Notes: generated from the sequence alone by a model not told the origin. DNA of 64,000 bases from Podarcis cretensis (GCA_951804945.1 OX638151.1:53382001-53446000), one strand, 5' to 3'. Counted from the first letter of the stretch, positions 12,345 to 25,476 are shown. Made by a program: numbers and translations.

Positions 12345-14115
12345 TACAGTGCTATGATTCTGTGTAAACAGAATATGATATTGAAGGGCTTTAATGATGA
12401 GGGGGACAGAGGCAACAGGACGTTCACACACACCAAACAAAGCAGGTATATTTGAGGTTGAAAATAACAAAGAAAGGGAGGCAATTTTTATCAATTTCAT
12501 ATTTTCCCCCCTTCTTGGCTCTTATCTTATCCATTTTTATTCCTGTCTCTACTGCATTTTATTCTTAAGTATCACTCATAGTTTGACTTTACTGGGGAAG
12601 GAGCTTACCACACCTCCAGTTTGTACCACCTGTCACTACTTAAGAAAGCAGGAAGTCTCCTCAGAGACTGGAAATCAGTCTCAACTGTTTCCCATTCTGC
12701 TCTTTCCTCTGTTGTCCTCTCTTCTTGATTCTGGTATAGATAGCCCAGTGGTGTGGGTAACATGATGAATTGTGGTGGTAAAGCTCAGAGGATACACTGA
12801 ATCCTCTCTGAGGATTACTGGTGTGTAGCTGCTACAGTGAGAGGTATCTGAAAAGCGCTGCTTGGCACCTTACTCCCCCTCCCCATAATGGAACGGCAAT
12901 TTTTAGCATCCTGTGAATGTAGCTTTATAGTGTTGGCAGTTCAAAAATAGCTACAGCAAGAAAGGTAAGCTCCCAGGGACGCAGAAAGGTGGCAGCTGGC
13001 TATACAGAGAGGGACAGCCAGGCACCTGGAATTTTATTTCAAACTCCAAGGACTGAGCCCAACTCCCACTGCCTGTGAAGAGTCCTAGCATGCGAGACCA
13101 GAAAACCCATCAGTTGATTAGAAGTCTTTGCAGTTGTCCAAAGAATTGGTTATTTGCCTCTTTAATGGGTCACCTTTAAGGGAAGCAAGCAAAAGGCTGT
13201 CTGGCAACGTGCTGTGTCAGTGTGCAAGGGGAATTCAGAGCACCAGGAGCCTCCAAATTAAATTATGTCTTCATCCTTTTAGAGGAAGATAGTGAATGCA
13301 TTAACATGATTGTGCCTGGCTGCTGGCGCTTTTACTGTTATTGGGAAGCCTCCAGTAGTTCCCAAAAAGAATTTTCTTTGTCGATGAAAGTTATTGTGGT
13401 GCTCATGAATCTTTTTCTCTCTTTTGTGGGCACAGGCATACATATGCCCATGCGCATACAATGGAGACCTTCTAAGAAATGGCCTTATTTTGATGCCCCC
13501 CCAATGGGTCTGCCTCTTTTTCTTTCTTCTGACATAAACTGGGAACATGATGGAACAAAGATGTGCAGTCACAGTAATCACAGATAAGGATTTCCATCAG
13601 GCCTTGGAGAATGTGCAGATCTCAACTGCATTTGCTACACTTACCGGGTAAAAGGCACATTCTCCCTTAAGTATAATTGTCTCCAAGAAAAATGCCTCCC
13701 CCCTCCATTTATTTTTCAAAAGTGTGCCATCTGTGTTCCCCAGGCTGCTTTTGGCATGCTGTGTAATCTTACATAGCTCACAACAAACACTCCCATTGGG
13801 CAGCTCAGTAGCAGGAAGAAAGGGCCTAGCTAAAGATGGACTTTCTTCCACCATCCAACCCTGTTCTCAACACTCTCAGCTGGGGATTTCAGGGAGAAGA
13901 AAGTTTGAAACCATCCCTCCCCCCCCCCCACAATTCTGATAAAAACTGTCCCCACCTCTGTTGCCGTTAAAGTTAGGAAGAAGCTTAGTAGTGGCATGCA
14001 GGGCCGGCCCACCCATGAGGTAGGATGAGGCAGCCACCTCAGATGGTGGATGATCAAGAGGCACCCCACTGCCTTTGCAGCCAATGGAGAAGCCAGTGCT
14101 GGCTTCTGGAGAGAT

Positions 14116-14118
<3 letters not shown>

Positions 14119-14157
<39 letters not shown>
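14119..14157. repeat. (AT)n microsatellite
   Basis: direct reading. Confidence 0.95.
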
Positions 14158-14159
<2 letters not shown>

Positions 14160-14694
14160 AATAGGAAATAGGGAAAAAAATGCATGTTTTTAGAGACTAT
14201 GCGTTCTGACCAGAGAACGTGTCTATTGTAGATCCTCAGAGAATCTACAAAATGCAATAGAGATGTGCATATTCCTCTGAAGAGAAGCTGTTTAGCTCCA
14301 TCCTCTACAGCCAGCCAAAGAGGCACCCCTTTCTGCCTCCAAGTCCAAGCCCCTCCCCATGGAAAAGGTTGCCACACTGGCTGTGGAGAGGAGGAGGAGG
14401 AATAGGAGCCACCCTCACCACCCACAACATGGGCACAAGATATCACACGCACACACTTGCACGTCATGTGTGTCACATCACAAGCACGACGCGCAGGTGT
14501 GTGACATCACACGACTGCATTGCAGTGGCAGGGACACCGACAATCCCAAGGGCAAGATGGAACCCCTGTTACATTCCCTTTAGTTCGATATCATCTGGGG
14601 GTTGGAGGGCACAGGTTCCCACTTCAGCTTCAAAGCCCTCTCTGAAGGACTACCTCCTCTCATATGATCTTCCCCACTTCCTTTAGGGTGAGAG

Positions 14695-14696
<2 letters not shown>

Positions 14697-14751
<55 letters not shown>
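14697..14751. repeat. (AT)n microsatellite
   Basis: direct reading. Confidence 0.95.
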
Positions 14752-14753
<2 letters not shown>

Positions 14754-15439
14754 TAGGTAGATAGCATTGCAATTTTGTGCCACACAGCAGGATATTTAAT
14801 GGTTATATTTTGCCTTATGAATCAGTTAAGCTCAATTCTGCACAGAGCATAAACCATGCCACCCAAATAAAGCCACGAGATTAATTCTGTTTGCCTTTGT
14901 GTATTTCAAGAAAGCAAATACACGTTGATCAGTCGTTTCACAACGTGCCCTCCCTGCATGGCACACCATTACTTGACAAATACTATCAAACAACTGACTT
15001 GTGTTCTGGCACATTTTTCTGTTGTTCACCTCTTTAAAATGCTGTTTAGAAAGGCACTTGCACTGCTATAATTAAGGTTTGTCAATGCCTCCATTAAAAA
15101 TACAAACTTCCAGGGGTTTATAACTGCCATAAAAACCCTGCCTCAAGCTAATTTAGATAAGAGGTATTTTCCCAAGTTGACAGTAGTACGTTGACTTCAA
15201 TTTAGCGCAAGTGTCACAGCCTTTCTGTGCTTTGACGCCATTTCCTCCTTTTCTCTACCTCTCATTCTCGCTTGCCCACCAATTCACTGATTTATTTATA
15301 TCAGATAAAAATTCATTTTGCCTGTTTCAACTAGCAGGAATCAGTCGGTCCTGCACCATCGCTGAAAGCAAAGGGAAATGGCCAGATATGTAAAACCAGC
15401 AGTGTTGGCTGAATTATACAGACTCTGTTTGGTATTAAA

Positions 15440-15577
15440 ACTGAGGTAGCTCATCTGTGGTCTACCAGATGTTGCTGGACCACAATTCCCATTATCCATG
15501 ACCAGGGGTCAGGCTAGTTAGGGCTTATCGGAGTTGGAGTCCAAAAATACCTGGACAGTAAAAGTTCCTCACTCCTG
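15440..15577. mobile_element. hAT (Charlie-like) MITE
   Basis: Palindromic gatgttgctggac..caattccc / gggagttggagtccaaaa; same family as 29136-29273. Confidence 0.6.
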
Positions 15578-15679
15578 TTTTAAAACCCCAAATATAGCTT
15601 ACAAGCAGAGTATCTCAAGGATTACCTCCTCTCATATGAGATTGTCTGCTTCCTTTAGGGTCCTCAGATGAAGCATGAC

Positions 15680-15972
15680 TAAGCTGCTTCTGGTGAATCA
15701 GAGCAGCGCACAGAAACGCTGTTTACCTTCCCACTAGAGTGGTACCTATTTATCTGCTTGCACTTTGAAGTGCTTTCGAACTGCTAGGTGGGCAGGAGCT
15801 GGGACCAAACAACAGGAGCTCACCCTGTCATGGGGATTCGAACCGCTGACCTTCTGATCAACAAGCCCTTGTTGTTGTTGTTTAGTCGTTTAGTCGTGTC
15901 CGACTCTTTGTGACCCCATGGACCAGAGCACACCAGGCATTTCTGTCTTCCACCAACAAACCCTAGGCTCTA
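15680..15972 (-). mobile_element. partial Sauria SINE interrupted by a Bov-B stub
   Basis: agagcagcgcacagaaacgctgtttaccttcc...ctttcgaactgctagg...gggattcgaaccg. Confidence 0.85.
15870..15953 (-). mobile_element. Bov-B 3' stub (84 bp)
   Basis: (TTG)n tttagtcgtttagtcgtgtccgactc...; 11-bp TSD caacaa(g/a)ccct. Confidence 0.9.
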
Positions 15973-16379
15973 TTTATAATATCCCCAGCCATATTCTACA
16001 CCGCATATTAAAAATAGCCAGAGTGGCCATTTTCTAACTTTCCCACAGTCCAAAAACCCAAATGGGCAATTTTCTGTGAAGTCAGCTAAAACCTCCTTTC
16101 TCTGTGGCTTCAGATCTGTTTCCCATTATCTTCAAATTTATTCAGCTCTGTGTACATTTTAGTGCCTTGTTTGGCAACCTAGAAAACAAAGACGAGCCTG
16201 CTGTTAATGTCATTTTTCAGTCTAGATGAAAAGCAGCAATATTAGATGTTACTTTCCCCCTTCCATTGCATGAAGGCTACCTCAGTTCCTTAAAAATAAA
16301 TGGGGGAAGGGAGGGGCTGCGCCACATCTTTCAGGCACACTTTAGTGCCTTCTGAATGATATGTGTATTTTTTTATGTT

Positions 16380-16810
16380 TATGAATATACCATCTAGCAA
16401 AAAAAAGGAAAAAAGACCAGCAGCCTAATACTTTGACATGAAGGTCATTTGAAAGTTTTACTGCCTGCGAGGCAGATCCATTTTGTTGACAAAGAGCTCT
16501 CTCAGGACTCTTTATGCTGCCCCAGCCTCCTTTCCTTTCTTTCTGTCTAGCATTTCTCTCCCCCCACCCCTCGCCCCCTCCCTCCAGACTAATTATCAAC
16601 TCATTAAAGCTGTCCTAATGAATTATGTTACAGCATTAAGGAAGGACTCTGGGAGAGACGCACATTTAAGTGTAGGGAGGTAGGGGACAGGGAGATCTCG
16701 ACTACTGTCAACACTGGCAGCTTCAGCTAACTTGATCTGACTGAGCCGAACTCCGGCGCTGCCCCCTCCCTTCCAAAAATCATAAATATTTCAGCCAAAA
16801 TGAATTTTAG
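16380..16810. promoter_or_regulatory. candidate conserved non-coding element
   Basis: Unique sequence with tgaaggtca, several TAAT/ATTA cores, ttatca and retained CpGs; conservation not tested. Confidence 0.35.
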
Positions 16811-18435
16811 ATTGATATAAACGTGCTCTTGGGAGGAATTGGCTTCCTAATGTTCCTTGGCTCCACAGAAACTGAAATTCTCCAGAAGGTTATGGCTTGC
16901 GAATGTCTGAGTATACCGCTCTTTGAACTGTGTTCTCTGAGCGTGCGTCTGCATAGATAGGTATTCGGATGGCATGAAATGAGGTGCCCAAAAGGAACTT
17001 GTACAGTTATCAAGCGCTGACAAAGATCAAGGAACAATGCTTCATCCTCATTCTGTCCTTGGGTATTTAAAATTGTCTTGATTTACATTTGGATTAAAAT
17101 GAAATCCACTGTGAATATCTCTACCTGGCATCCCATTGAAATGCATAGGAATTGCATGGGAGCACACTCAGTGAATAACTCTCATATGCATCACTGGACC
17201 TTGTGCAGGAGATAACCCCTCTGGACAGTGCCCAAAGTCTGCAGTTCAGCACACTGTGGCAAAGGTCAGTTCCACATGAGCTGTTTATTGAGCATTCATC
17301 CTCATTTGCCTGTGTGGACATTAGTCAGACTGTTTATAGAAAGGTTAAATGACATTGTGTGAAGCAAATGTTATCCCACGCTTTCCAGTGCCTTTCCCCG
17401 TCACTTTCCTTAAGGAAAAAGTCTGAGTTTTGGAGGAAGAAGTGGGTCTGCTGCACAAGAGCAGCAAATCAGCTTTGATTATGCAACCTGAATTTGTCAG
17501 CATGTGATCGGATCCCATCCGAAAATAGCGACAGTCTGAAAGCACCCAAAATCCCAAGGATGTGGTTGGAATTTGTTGTGTATATGCATATATCTATCTG
17601 AAACAGTGAGGATTATAGCCAAAGAAATTAGGATTCATGAGTTTGCATAGTCCTCTCACTGATATTAATTAGCTGTCCCTTTTTTCTATTAGCATTGTCC
17701 AGTTGCTGGCAGCACTTTTATTTGATTTCCGTATTTATATACTTGGAAGGAAGGCTTTCTCATTTCAAATACTCATCAAATAGAAGAGGCTTTATCCCCC
17801 TTAATTTATACTAGCGGGATTGTGGATTTATTACTTTGCATCTATTAAAAATAAAGGACAATGGCTGTATTTTCAACATAAATTCTCCTCCACCACCACA
17901 AATTAGAACTGTAATATGAAACTATAGCCCTTTTTAAGCATTGTGAGCGGAATTCAACATTGTGCTAAGGCAATCATTCTGACAATGCAAACATTTGTGC
18001 TTTCCAGACAGTACAATCTCATTTCCCCCCCCCCACTGTTCTGGGGGTTCTCCTGGACCCCCCCAGCTTATTTGGGGGCACATGGGGTAGGAGAGTGACA
18101 GAAGCCACACTGTGTTAGCAGGACTCATTGGAGGACACTGAATAAGATTAATGTTATTATTAATGAGCAGCTCCCAACAAAATATCAAAAACACAAGTGC
18201 AGCTATTTAGTTGAATCTGGCCCTATATATGTGTGGAGAAATGAATATACACACAAATGGTCGTGGTGGTGGGAGTCCACCCTTGTAGCCACCATCTCAA
18301 CTTAACCAGATTTTGTATCAATACCTGAAAACAACTTGTGTCTATACTTGTACCATCCAATAAAACATTAGTGCTTTTTTACGATTGGAGAGGTGGAGGT
18401 TTTTGAGAATAGAGGACCATGAAAATCTGGGAGTG

Positions 18436-19174
18436 TGTTGTGTTATGGTAGTGGTACAGAGCAGAGTATGAAGCTTTTTGAGATTTCTGAAATGAGGGTC
18501 CATTGGGTATACTTAAGCTGATTAAACAAACTCCTTAAGACTACAGAGGCCTCCTATCTGCAGATGGTTGGGAGCAGATGAAAAGGTTATAGGGTGCAAT
18601 AACTAGAAGAGGCAGGGCTCTTGCTTAAGAATATGTAGTGTTGCATATCAGAAAGGACTCTTACCTTACCTGATGTCAGGGAATAGTTTGGATCTGAAGA
18701 TGGGGAAATGCAGTTGCAGGCAGATCAGATTCTCTCAGAAGAGGAGGGGGAATATTGCCCTGCTACGCGCCTCCAGTGTTTTCAGATGCAGAGAGACAGG
18801 CAGACACAGAAACTGAACAGATTAGGGAGGAGCTACCCAGCTACGAGATAATGACAAGAGATTCAGAAAGGAGGGGGCAGTTGGGAGACAGATCAATTGA
18901 GAGTGTGGGGAAAAACCCTTCCCCATGGACTCAGAGGTCCAAACGTATCAGGGAACAAAGGAGGCAAGGGGGGGAACAACTTCTCATTGGTGCGCTCCTT
19001 GCTGCGGAAGTAGGGAATCAGATTCAGAGTAGGCAACTGCCCTCCTTGCGGAGAGCTGTGTATTTTGTGACCGCAACATGAAACTGCAATAAAAGGACTA
19101 AAAACCTATCAACTGCTCATTAATTCTTACCTGTGAAGTTACCAAAGGGAGGAGAGGACTCTCCGAACGTGACA
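18436..19174 (+). mobile_element. probable solo LTR (Gypsy-like)
   Basis: TG start, ends cgtgaca, aataaa at ~19088, purine-rich U3-like body; TSD not found. Confidence 0.45.
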
Positions 19175-20033
19175 ACTTACTAGTTTTGTACAAGTGACTA
19201 GCTGTGTTGAGCTTGCAGTGAGATGTTTGTAAAATCCGGAGCTTTCAAGCAAATATAGAGCCAGAAAGTATGGACTACTTTGATAACTGCTGTCATCTGC
19301 TTTACATGGCAGTGCTCTACAAATGCATGTATTAGTAATCAGTAGCTGAAGGCTCTGGGGCCAAATCCTGCGCCTGAAGATTACCAGTTGACTTCAGACT
19401 GACTGTTGCCAACCCAAAAACATGTGTGGAGAGAGCAGTCCTCTGAGCCCACACACCTCCATCTTCTTCTCAAGGTGGCCTTCTTCTCTTAAAGCCTAGT
19501 TCTGACTCAGCATACCCATCAACTGCCTTGGAAAAAAACAGGACATCCCATTTTTTCCTGCGAGAGCATGGTGGGCATTTTGGGCACCTTGCTCTCATGT
19601 GATTTGGGGCCAAGGTCTACCCCCGGAAAAAACATTTTTGGGGGGAGGAGGTCTGTGATCTTGTGTGGCAACCGAAAATGAGCCAGATCATGTGACTCAC
19701 AAGGGACTTTGGACACAGAAGATGGTGTCCCAGATTTGAGCCACGTCGTGTTGTAGGCTATCTGGGTTGCACCACTCAGACTGAAGGCAGGGACTCGCAT
19801 GATAGATTCTCCAAGTGGTGCAACAACAAAACTGCTCGCACATTTTCAAAGGTAAGCAGGGTCAGGTGTGGTTTCAAGTTGGGTGGGGAACCATGTGCTG
19901 AGATTCTTGCTTTGCAGGGGGATGGACTCACAGAGTCCCTTCCAACTCTATGATTCTATGATTAAATGTTCATCTGTACAATCCTGTAAGGTCCCTCCTG
20001 CTGTCTGAAGTGGTGCTATCTAGATCCTACTTA

Positions 20034-20531
20034 CTGTATTTTTCTGTGTATAAGATGCCCCCATGTATAAGATGACCACCTTTTTTTAACCCAAAATCAA
20101 TAAATTAAGTTGTTTAGCTTTGGGGGGGACACACATCATTTCCGCCAATTACTCACCCGCCTGCCCGCAACTGCCGATCACTTGCCACAGCCACTGCTGA
20201 TTGCACACCTCACTGCAGCCGCCAATTGTCTGCCCGCTCACTGCTATCAACAGCCCACCCGCCCACTTGTCGCAGCCACCAATTGCCTGCCCACCTCACC
20301 TTACCACAGCCACCAGTCGCCTGCCCAGTTGCTGCAGCCATAACCAATTGCCAGCAGGCCTTGCTGCAGCCACCAATCACCCGCCCAATCACTGCTGCCA
20401 ATCTTCTGCTTGCTACTGCCATTAATCGCACATTCCCCCTCCGCATTCACTATCCGTGTATAAGACAACACCCAATTTTTGCCTTTTTTTTTTTAAGCAA
20501 TAAGCATCATCCTATACATGGAAAAATACGG
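20034..20531. mobile_element. Tc1/mariner (Tigger/pogo-like) non-autonomous element
   Basis: TIRs ctgtattttt / aaaaatacgg, TA flanks, internal gtataagatg repeats and a degenerate GC-rich minisatellite. Confidence 0.8.
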
Positions 20532-21156
20532 TAGTTTACCACCTCAGGGAGGCTTAAAATTAATTGTTGACCTGAAGTGCAGTCCAATTTTAAGCATTTG
20601 GTACAGAATAATTTACTTATAGTCAAACAATACCAAAGACATAATCTTGTCACATTTTTGAGGGGGGTTTTTGTTTTTGGTTTTTTTATGCATTTTGATG
20701 CATGCATTTTTAAAGTACATTTGTCCTGCATACATTTTCTGTGGCACTTTCCTTGATGACAGTAGCAATTCTCTGCTAGAGAAATATTATACTCTAGCCC
20801 ATACTACATATACTGGTTTTTAAATGGATTCATTATCACTAAGGAAAAAGTAAATACTTCTAGGAAAGCCTACAAGCTGACATTTCCACGTAGACCTCAA
20901 AACCTTTCACTACTGCAGGTAATAATTTAAGCTGTCTTTTGAAATAAAAGGCCACAGATAACTAAGGTCTTTGTACTTTAAGAGCTGTCAATAATTGGTT
21001 ACTTTCTTAGCAAATGCATAACTCCCTTGACCCCAAGAAGGGTTTTAAAAGCTGCTGCTTTCCAGCAGGAACTAGATTTTAGTTATTGCTTTTCCTCTTA
21101 GAAAACTATAGTGAGTCACTCCTGTTCTAAACCCTCAACTTCATGTGTGTGGATTA

Positions 21157-22165
21157 CCGTATTTTTCGCTCTATAACACGCACCCGACCATAACACGATC
21201 AAAAACCTCCTCAGTTTTTAGAGGAGGAAAACAAGAAAAAAAAAATTCTAAACGAAACAGTGGATGTATGAGTTTTGTGGTTCATGCTGTGGCCACAGAC
21301 ATGTGATCTGACGGTGAGTTTGGAGTAGCCCAATGCAAAAATCCTGAGGATCCATGTGGATCCATGCTTTGTAACCATGTTTTTGCACCACTGCGGCCCC
21401 AGGCAACAGTGGGTGCGTGATTTTTTTGGTGCAAGATGTAGCCATGGACATGCTATGTGATCTGATGGTGAATTTGGGGTGACCCAGTGCAAAAATCCTG
21501 AGGATCCATGTGGATCTGTGCTTTGTAACCACGTTTTAAGTGGGGAGGGAAGGAAAAGCACTCAAGGGACAAGGAGCACGCGTGGGGTGTGTGGAGAAGG
21601 ATGCTGCTAATAATGCAGGCGAGGAGTTTAAGAGGAGAAGAAGCACGTGTCGGGTGGGTGGAGAAGGAGGCTGCTAATAATGAAGAAGAGGGGTATAAGG
21701 GGAGAAGGCTCCTCTCCTCTCCCACTTTGCTCCTTTAAAGCAAGCAGGCTCTGCTTTTCTCCCTCCTCCCTGCTCATCCCCGCTTAGTGAGCTGAAAAAC
21801 TTTGCTGCTATGTAGCGAGCTGAGTGGGGAGGAGAGAGGGACAGAGAGCCCGCTTGCTTTAAAGGAACCAACCGGACAGGAGCTGCTTACACTCATGTAA
21901 GTGGCTCCTCTCCTCTTCCGCTTTGCTCCTTTAAAGAAGCAGGCTCTCTGTCCCTCTCTCCTCCCCACTCAGTGGCTCTTCTCCCGCCTTGCTGTTTCAA
22001 AGCGAGCCATGGAGGAGGGAAGGAAGGGGAACCATGGATCCTCTGCCCACTACTGCAGCAGATCCCCCCCCCTCCACCTGTAGGCATTCCCTCCATAATA
22101 CGCACAGACATTTCCCCTTACTTTCTAGGAGGAAAAAAGTGAGTGTTATGGTGCAAAAAATATGG
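21157..22165. mobile_element. Tc1/mariner (Tigger/pogo-like) non-autonomous element, ~1 kb
   Basis: TIRs ccgtattttt / aaaaatatgg, TA flanks; internal ~75-bp direct repeat at 21302 and 21456. Confidence 0.85.
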
Positions 22166-23124
22166 TATTTCCAAATGTTCTTGAGAAATTATCAACCTGT
22201 GTCTGCATCATCATCTCTACACACTGCCAAGGCTAGGTTTTCCTACATGCACCATCTGAAAGGTTGAAGGTAGAAGTGGAACATGCATCCAAATGTTGCA
22301 CTCTTGACTGCTCCTGTTCTTGGTTTCAGACAGCCTCACCCTTCTCCAGAAAACACTGTTACTTTCCCTTTGGGGTAGCCCACCCCCCCCCCAGCAACTG
22401 AGGGGTTTTGTCTCTGGAGACTTTCTACATTCTTGCAAAGCTTGGGTTTCTCCCAGGCTAGCTGATATCTCTCAGGATCCCCTCCAACTCTACAACTCTA
22501 TGATTCTGTGATTCTCTCAGCTCACCAGCAGTATTTAGGATGTAAGGAACGGCTGTCCTAGGTTCAGAAGGTCCAACCCTGAGTATTTTCCACATGCCAT
22601 GGTAGACCTTTTATCTCGCAAAGCATTTTGCAAGCAGGGGTTATTTTCCTTGCTGGTTTTCAGAAAAGGATTAACATGTTTTAATTTTGTATCTGTAAAT
22701 GTTGCTTTCTGTCCTGAACCTATGGAGACAGTGCGGGTTAATAATCCATATAAATCCAATATTGGCTGTGTGAGCCATACAGTCCTGTTAAGCAAAGTGT
22801 CCCCCTTGAGGTTTCCTTATGGCCTTGCTGCTGATAGGGACCATAAACACCAAAGAGCCTTCAGCTATTCATACCACATGGAATGCAGGTCTCATACAAG
22901 CTGTAGTCTGAGATAGGGAATTGGGGGTTTCGACTGATGAATCTATGAATCTGTGACTGCCTGTGCATTTGCTTCTTCGGGCCCATAATAATAAAAAATA
23001 TTATAATAAGACTATAACTACAGTTTTCTCTCCTACAGTAAGACTTCCCTGAGCTTTCTTTTGCAGGAAATGTGGGGCATAAAAGTGTATTCAACTTTGC
23101 TTCTCAAGGGAAAGATACAAGGGG

Positions 23125-23509
23125 ATAGACCCTCCAAGTATCCCAATTTCCAAGGACAGTCTCAGATTTACAGAAGCTGTCCCAGTTTCTAATTTGATCC
23201 TGGAATTTTCCTTTTCCTTTTCCTTAGGACGTCCCAGTTTTTACCAGAGAAATATTGGAGTGTATGGAGTTATGTGACCCTCAAACCAAGGAGATGATAC
23301 TACCTTTAGAAGACATCTGAAGGCAGCCCTGCATAGGAATGTTTATATTGATATATGTTTTATTATGTTTTTCTATATGTTAGAAGCCATTCAGAGTGGC
23401 TGGGGCAACTCAGTCAGATGGGCAGAGTAATAAATTATAAAATTGTTGTTGTTGTTGTTGAAGAAGAATAGGATGTCCCTATTTTCATCAGAGAAATGTT
23501 GGAGGGTGT
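23125..23509. mobile_element. hAT-type MITE carrying an L2-type tail
   Basis: Termini accctccaa / ttggagggt, repeated gtccc motifs; sister copy at 31990-32357. Confidence 0.7.
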
Positions 23510-23626
23510 TTAGAAAGAGAATGCCTTTGTTGTTTGGACCAGAAGTGTGCAGGATCCACTATCTCTGGCTGATTTGCAGAAATCTCTCCCAAAGAAGGCA
23601 GTGATAGTCACCACCTTAGTTGGTTT

Positions 23627-23875
23627 CAGTGCTTTTTTTCTTTAAAAAAATGTTTAGGGTTACTCTCATTTTCCTACTCATATTGAAATACTGCCCCTCA
23701 ATGAGGACAACTTAGATTCACAAAATGTTTAGGGTTTTGCGTCCCCCTCGTAGCTGTCAACTTTTCCCTTTTCTTGCGAGGAATCCTATTCGGAATAAGG
23801 GAATTTCCCTTTTAAAAAAAGGGAAACGTTGACAGCTATGGTCTCCCTGCGTCCTCCCAGAAAAAAAAAAAAAAA
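23627..23875. mobile_element. hAT MITE with nested 92-bp hAT MITE (23749-23840), inserted in CR1
   Basis: Outer TIR cagtgcttttt; inner TIRs cgtagctgtcaac / gttgacagctatg with 8-bp TSD gtc(c/t)ccct. Confidence 0.85.
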
Positions 23876-23879
23876 TTAG

Positions 23880-24100
23880 AGGACAAGGCTATCAACAGCG
23901 ACTAGCCATGATAACTATGTTCTATGTCCACTGCTGGAGGCAGTATGCCTTTGAATGCCAAATGCAGGTGGGCAGAGTGCTGTTGTGCTCATGTACTGTT
24001 TGAAGACTTCCTACAGGCATCTGGCTGGCACTCTGAGACCAGGATGCTGGACCAGATGGGCCACTGACCTGATGCAGCGGGCTCATATTATGTTCTCATT
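23880..24100 (+). mobile_element. old CR1 3' end
   Basis: ggacaaggctatcaa...ctagccatg...aggatgctggaccagatgggccac...tatgttc. Confidence 0.7.
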
Positions 24101-24119
24101 CTAATGCCAACCTATTTAA

Positions 24120-24523
24120 TTTGCGCTCCCCAAACATTACATAAATCGAAATGCAGCTAGCCTTCAAAATTCACACTTCTCTGAATATAGTCATGCTATT
24201 CTCCAACAACAAACATTCATTCAAAATGGTGTATATTGGGGTAAACTGTGCATAATGATCCACACATTAGTGAAAATAACATACAACAAAGTATTATGTA
24301 TGGGGAAATTGCTTGCAAGAATGTGCATATGAAGTAGAATTGCATACAAAAATGTGTACATTAGGAGAAATCAATAGTAGAATGCAGATATTTTTCATGA
24401 GGATTTTTTAAATAAAAAAACAAAGAATTCACAAACTGATGCAGAAATGTTACTAACTGAACTGAAGATTGGAAAAAAGAGAAACCAAGATAAACAGAAA
24501 TTGACAGATTTACCCATCCCTAG
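24120..24523. mobile_element. old AT-rich non-autonomous DNA element
   Basis: aaattcacacttct...gtgaaaataacataca...cccatcccta; relatives at 26989-27585 and 63795-64000. Confidence 0.6.
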
Positions 24524-25472
24524 CAGCAACAAAATGGGTTTTTTTTCCACCTGAATTAGTCAGCTGAAATGAAGATAGCTAACCAGGAATAGATTTTTAT
24601 CTAAAATGACTGGTTTCAGTACTGAAAACAAATTCCAAGGCTCCAAATATTCTTTAACACCCTGTTCTTTAATTCTAATATTTAATTTAAAATATTGATT
24701 TTTAATATTTGATCTGTAGCAATTAGTATTACAGGGTATGTGATATACCTGCTTGGTACTTGACAGCTGATACGTCTTTTAATACCAACAATAAAGACTT
24801 GCCAATAAATCTAAGACACTTGAATTTCACATTCGAAAACAGATTTCAAATTTAAAAACCTGCATTTTAAAATGGAATGCCAAAATGGCAAGTTCTGTAA
24901 AACAGATATTTTTCCAGGCCTTCCTTATGACTTTTGTTGCAGCTGCAGAGAACAGTAGTTCACAGTTTCTTAGGATAAGTATTTCTCTACTGTGGGTTGA
25001 AGGTGCAAAATACCACTTTAAGGTTGTTTTGGAAATCTGGGAAGTGGTGTGCGTGTGTGTCCATCAAATCACTTTTCATTAAAGCTGAGGAGTTATGAGT
25101 TGGCAAAGTCAGAAAGGTCCCTTTGCTCAAACCATGCTGCCCTTGACAGGAACATTACGTTCTGGTTTGGCTAGACTGAACTGGAAGGGCTAATGGGGAT
25201 GCTTTGGGACATAAAGTGACCCCCCCCACCCAATTTTTCGTTTTATTATTCTTTCCTATACACCCACCCACCCACCCACACATGCACCTATTAACCAGCA
25301 GGTCTCTAAAAGCATGGATATGCATTTCAAACGGATACTTCATATTATATTTGTGTGGGTATGAGAGTATACATTATGAAATATTAAACGGAAGCATTTT
25401 GTACAATAAAGGACAAACTAGCAGTCGAGCTGTAGATTAGTCTTATCACTCTTCTGCAGGAAACCAGGAAGA

Positions 25473-25476
<4 letters not shown>

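Noticed and set aside
14640-14690. Apparent 45-bp duplication with 15612-15661
   Set aside because: Both resemble a common L2 LINE fragment; duplication cannot be distinguished from independent remnants by eye.
18755-19081. 108-aa charged ORF
   Set aside because: Lies within a purine-rich LTR-like repeat and has a non-ATG start.
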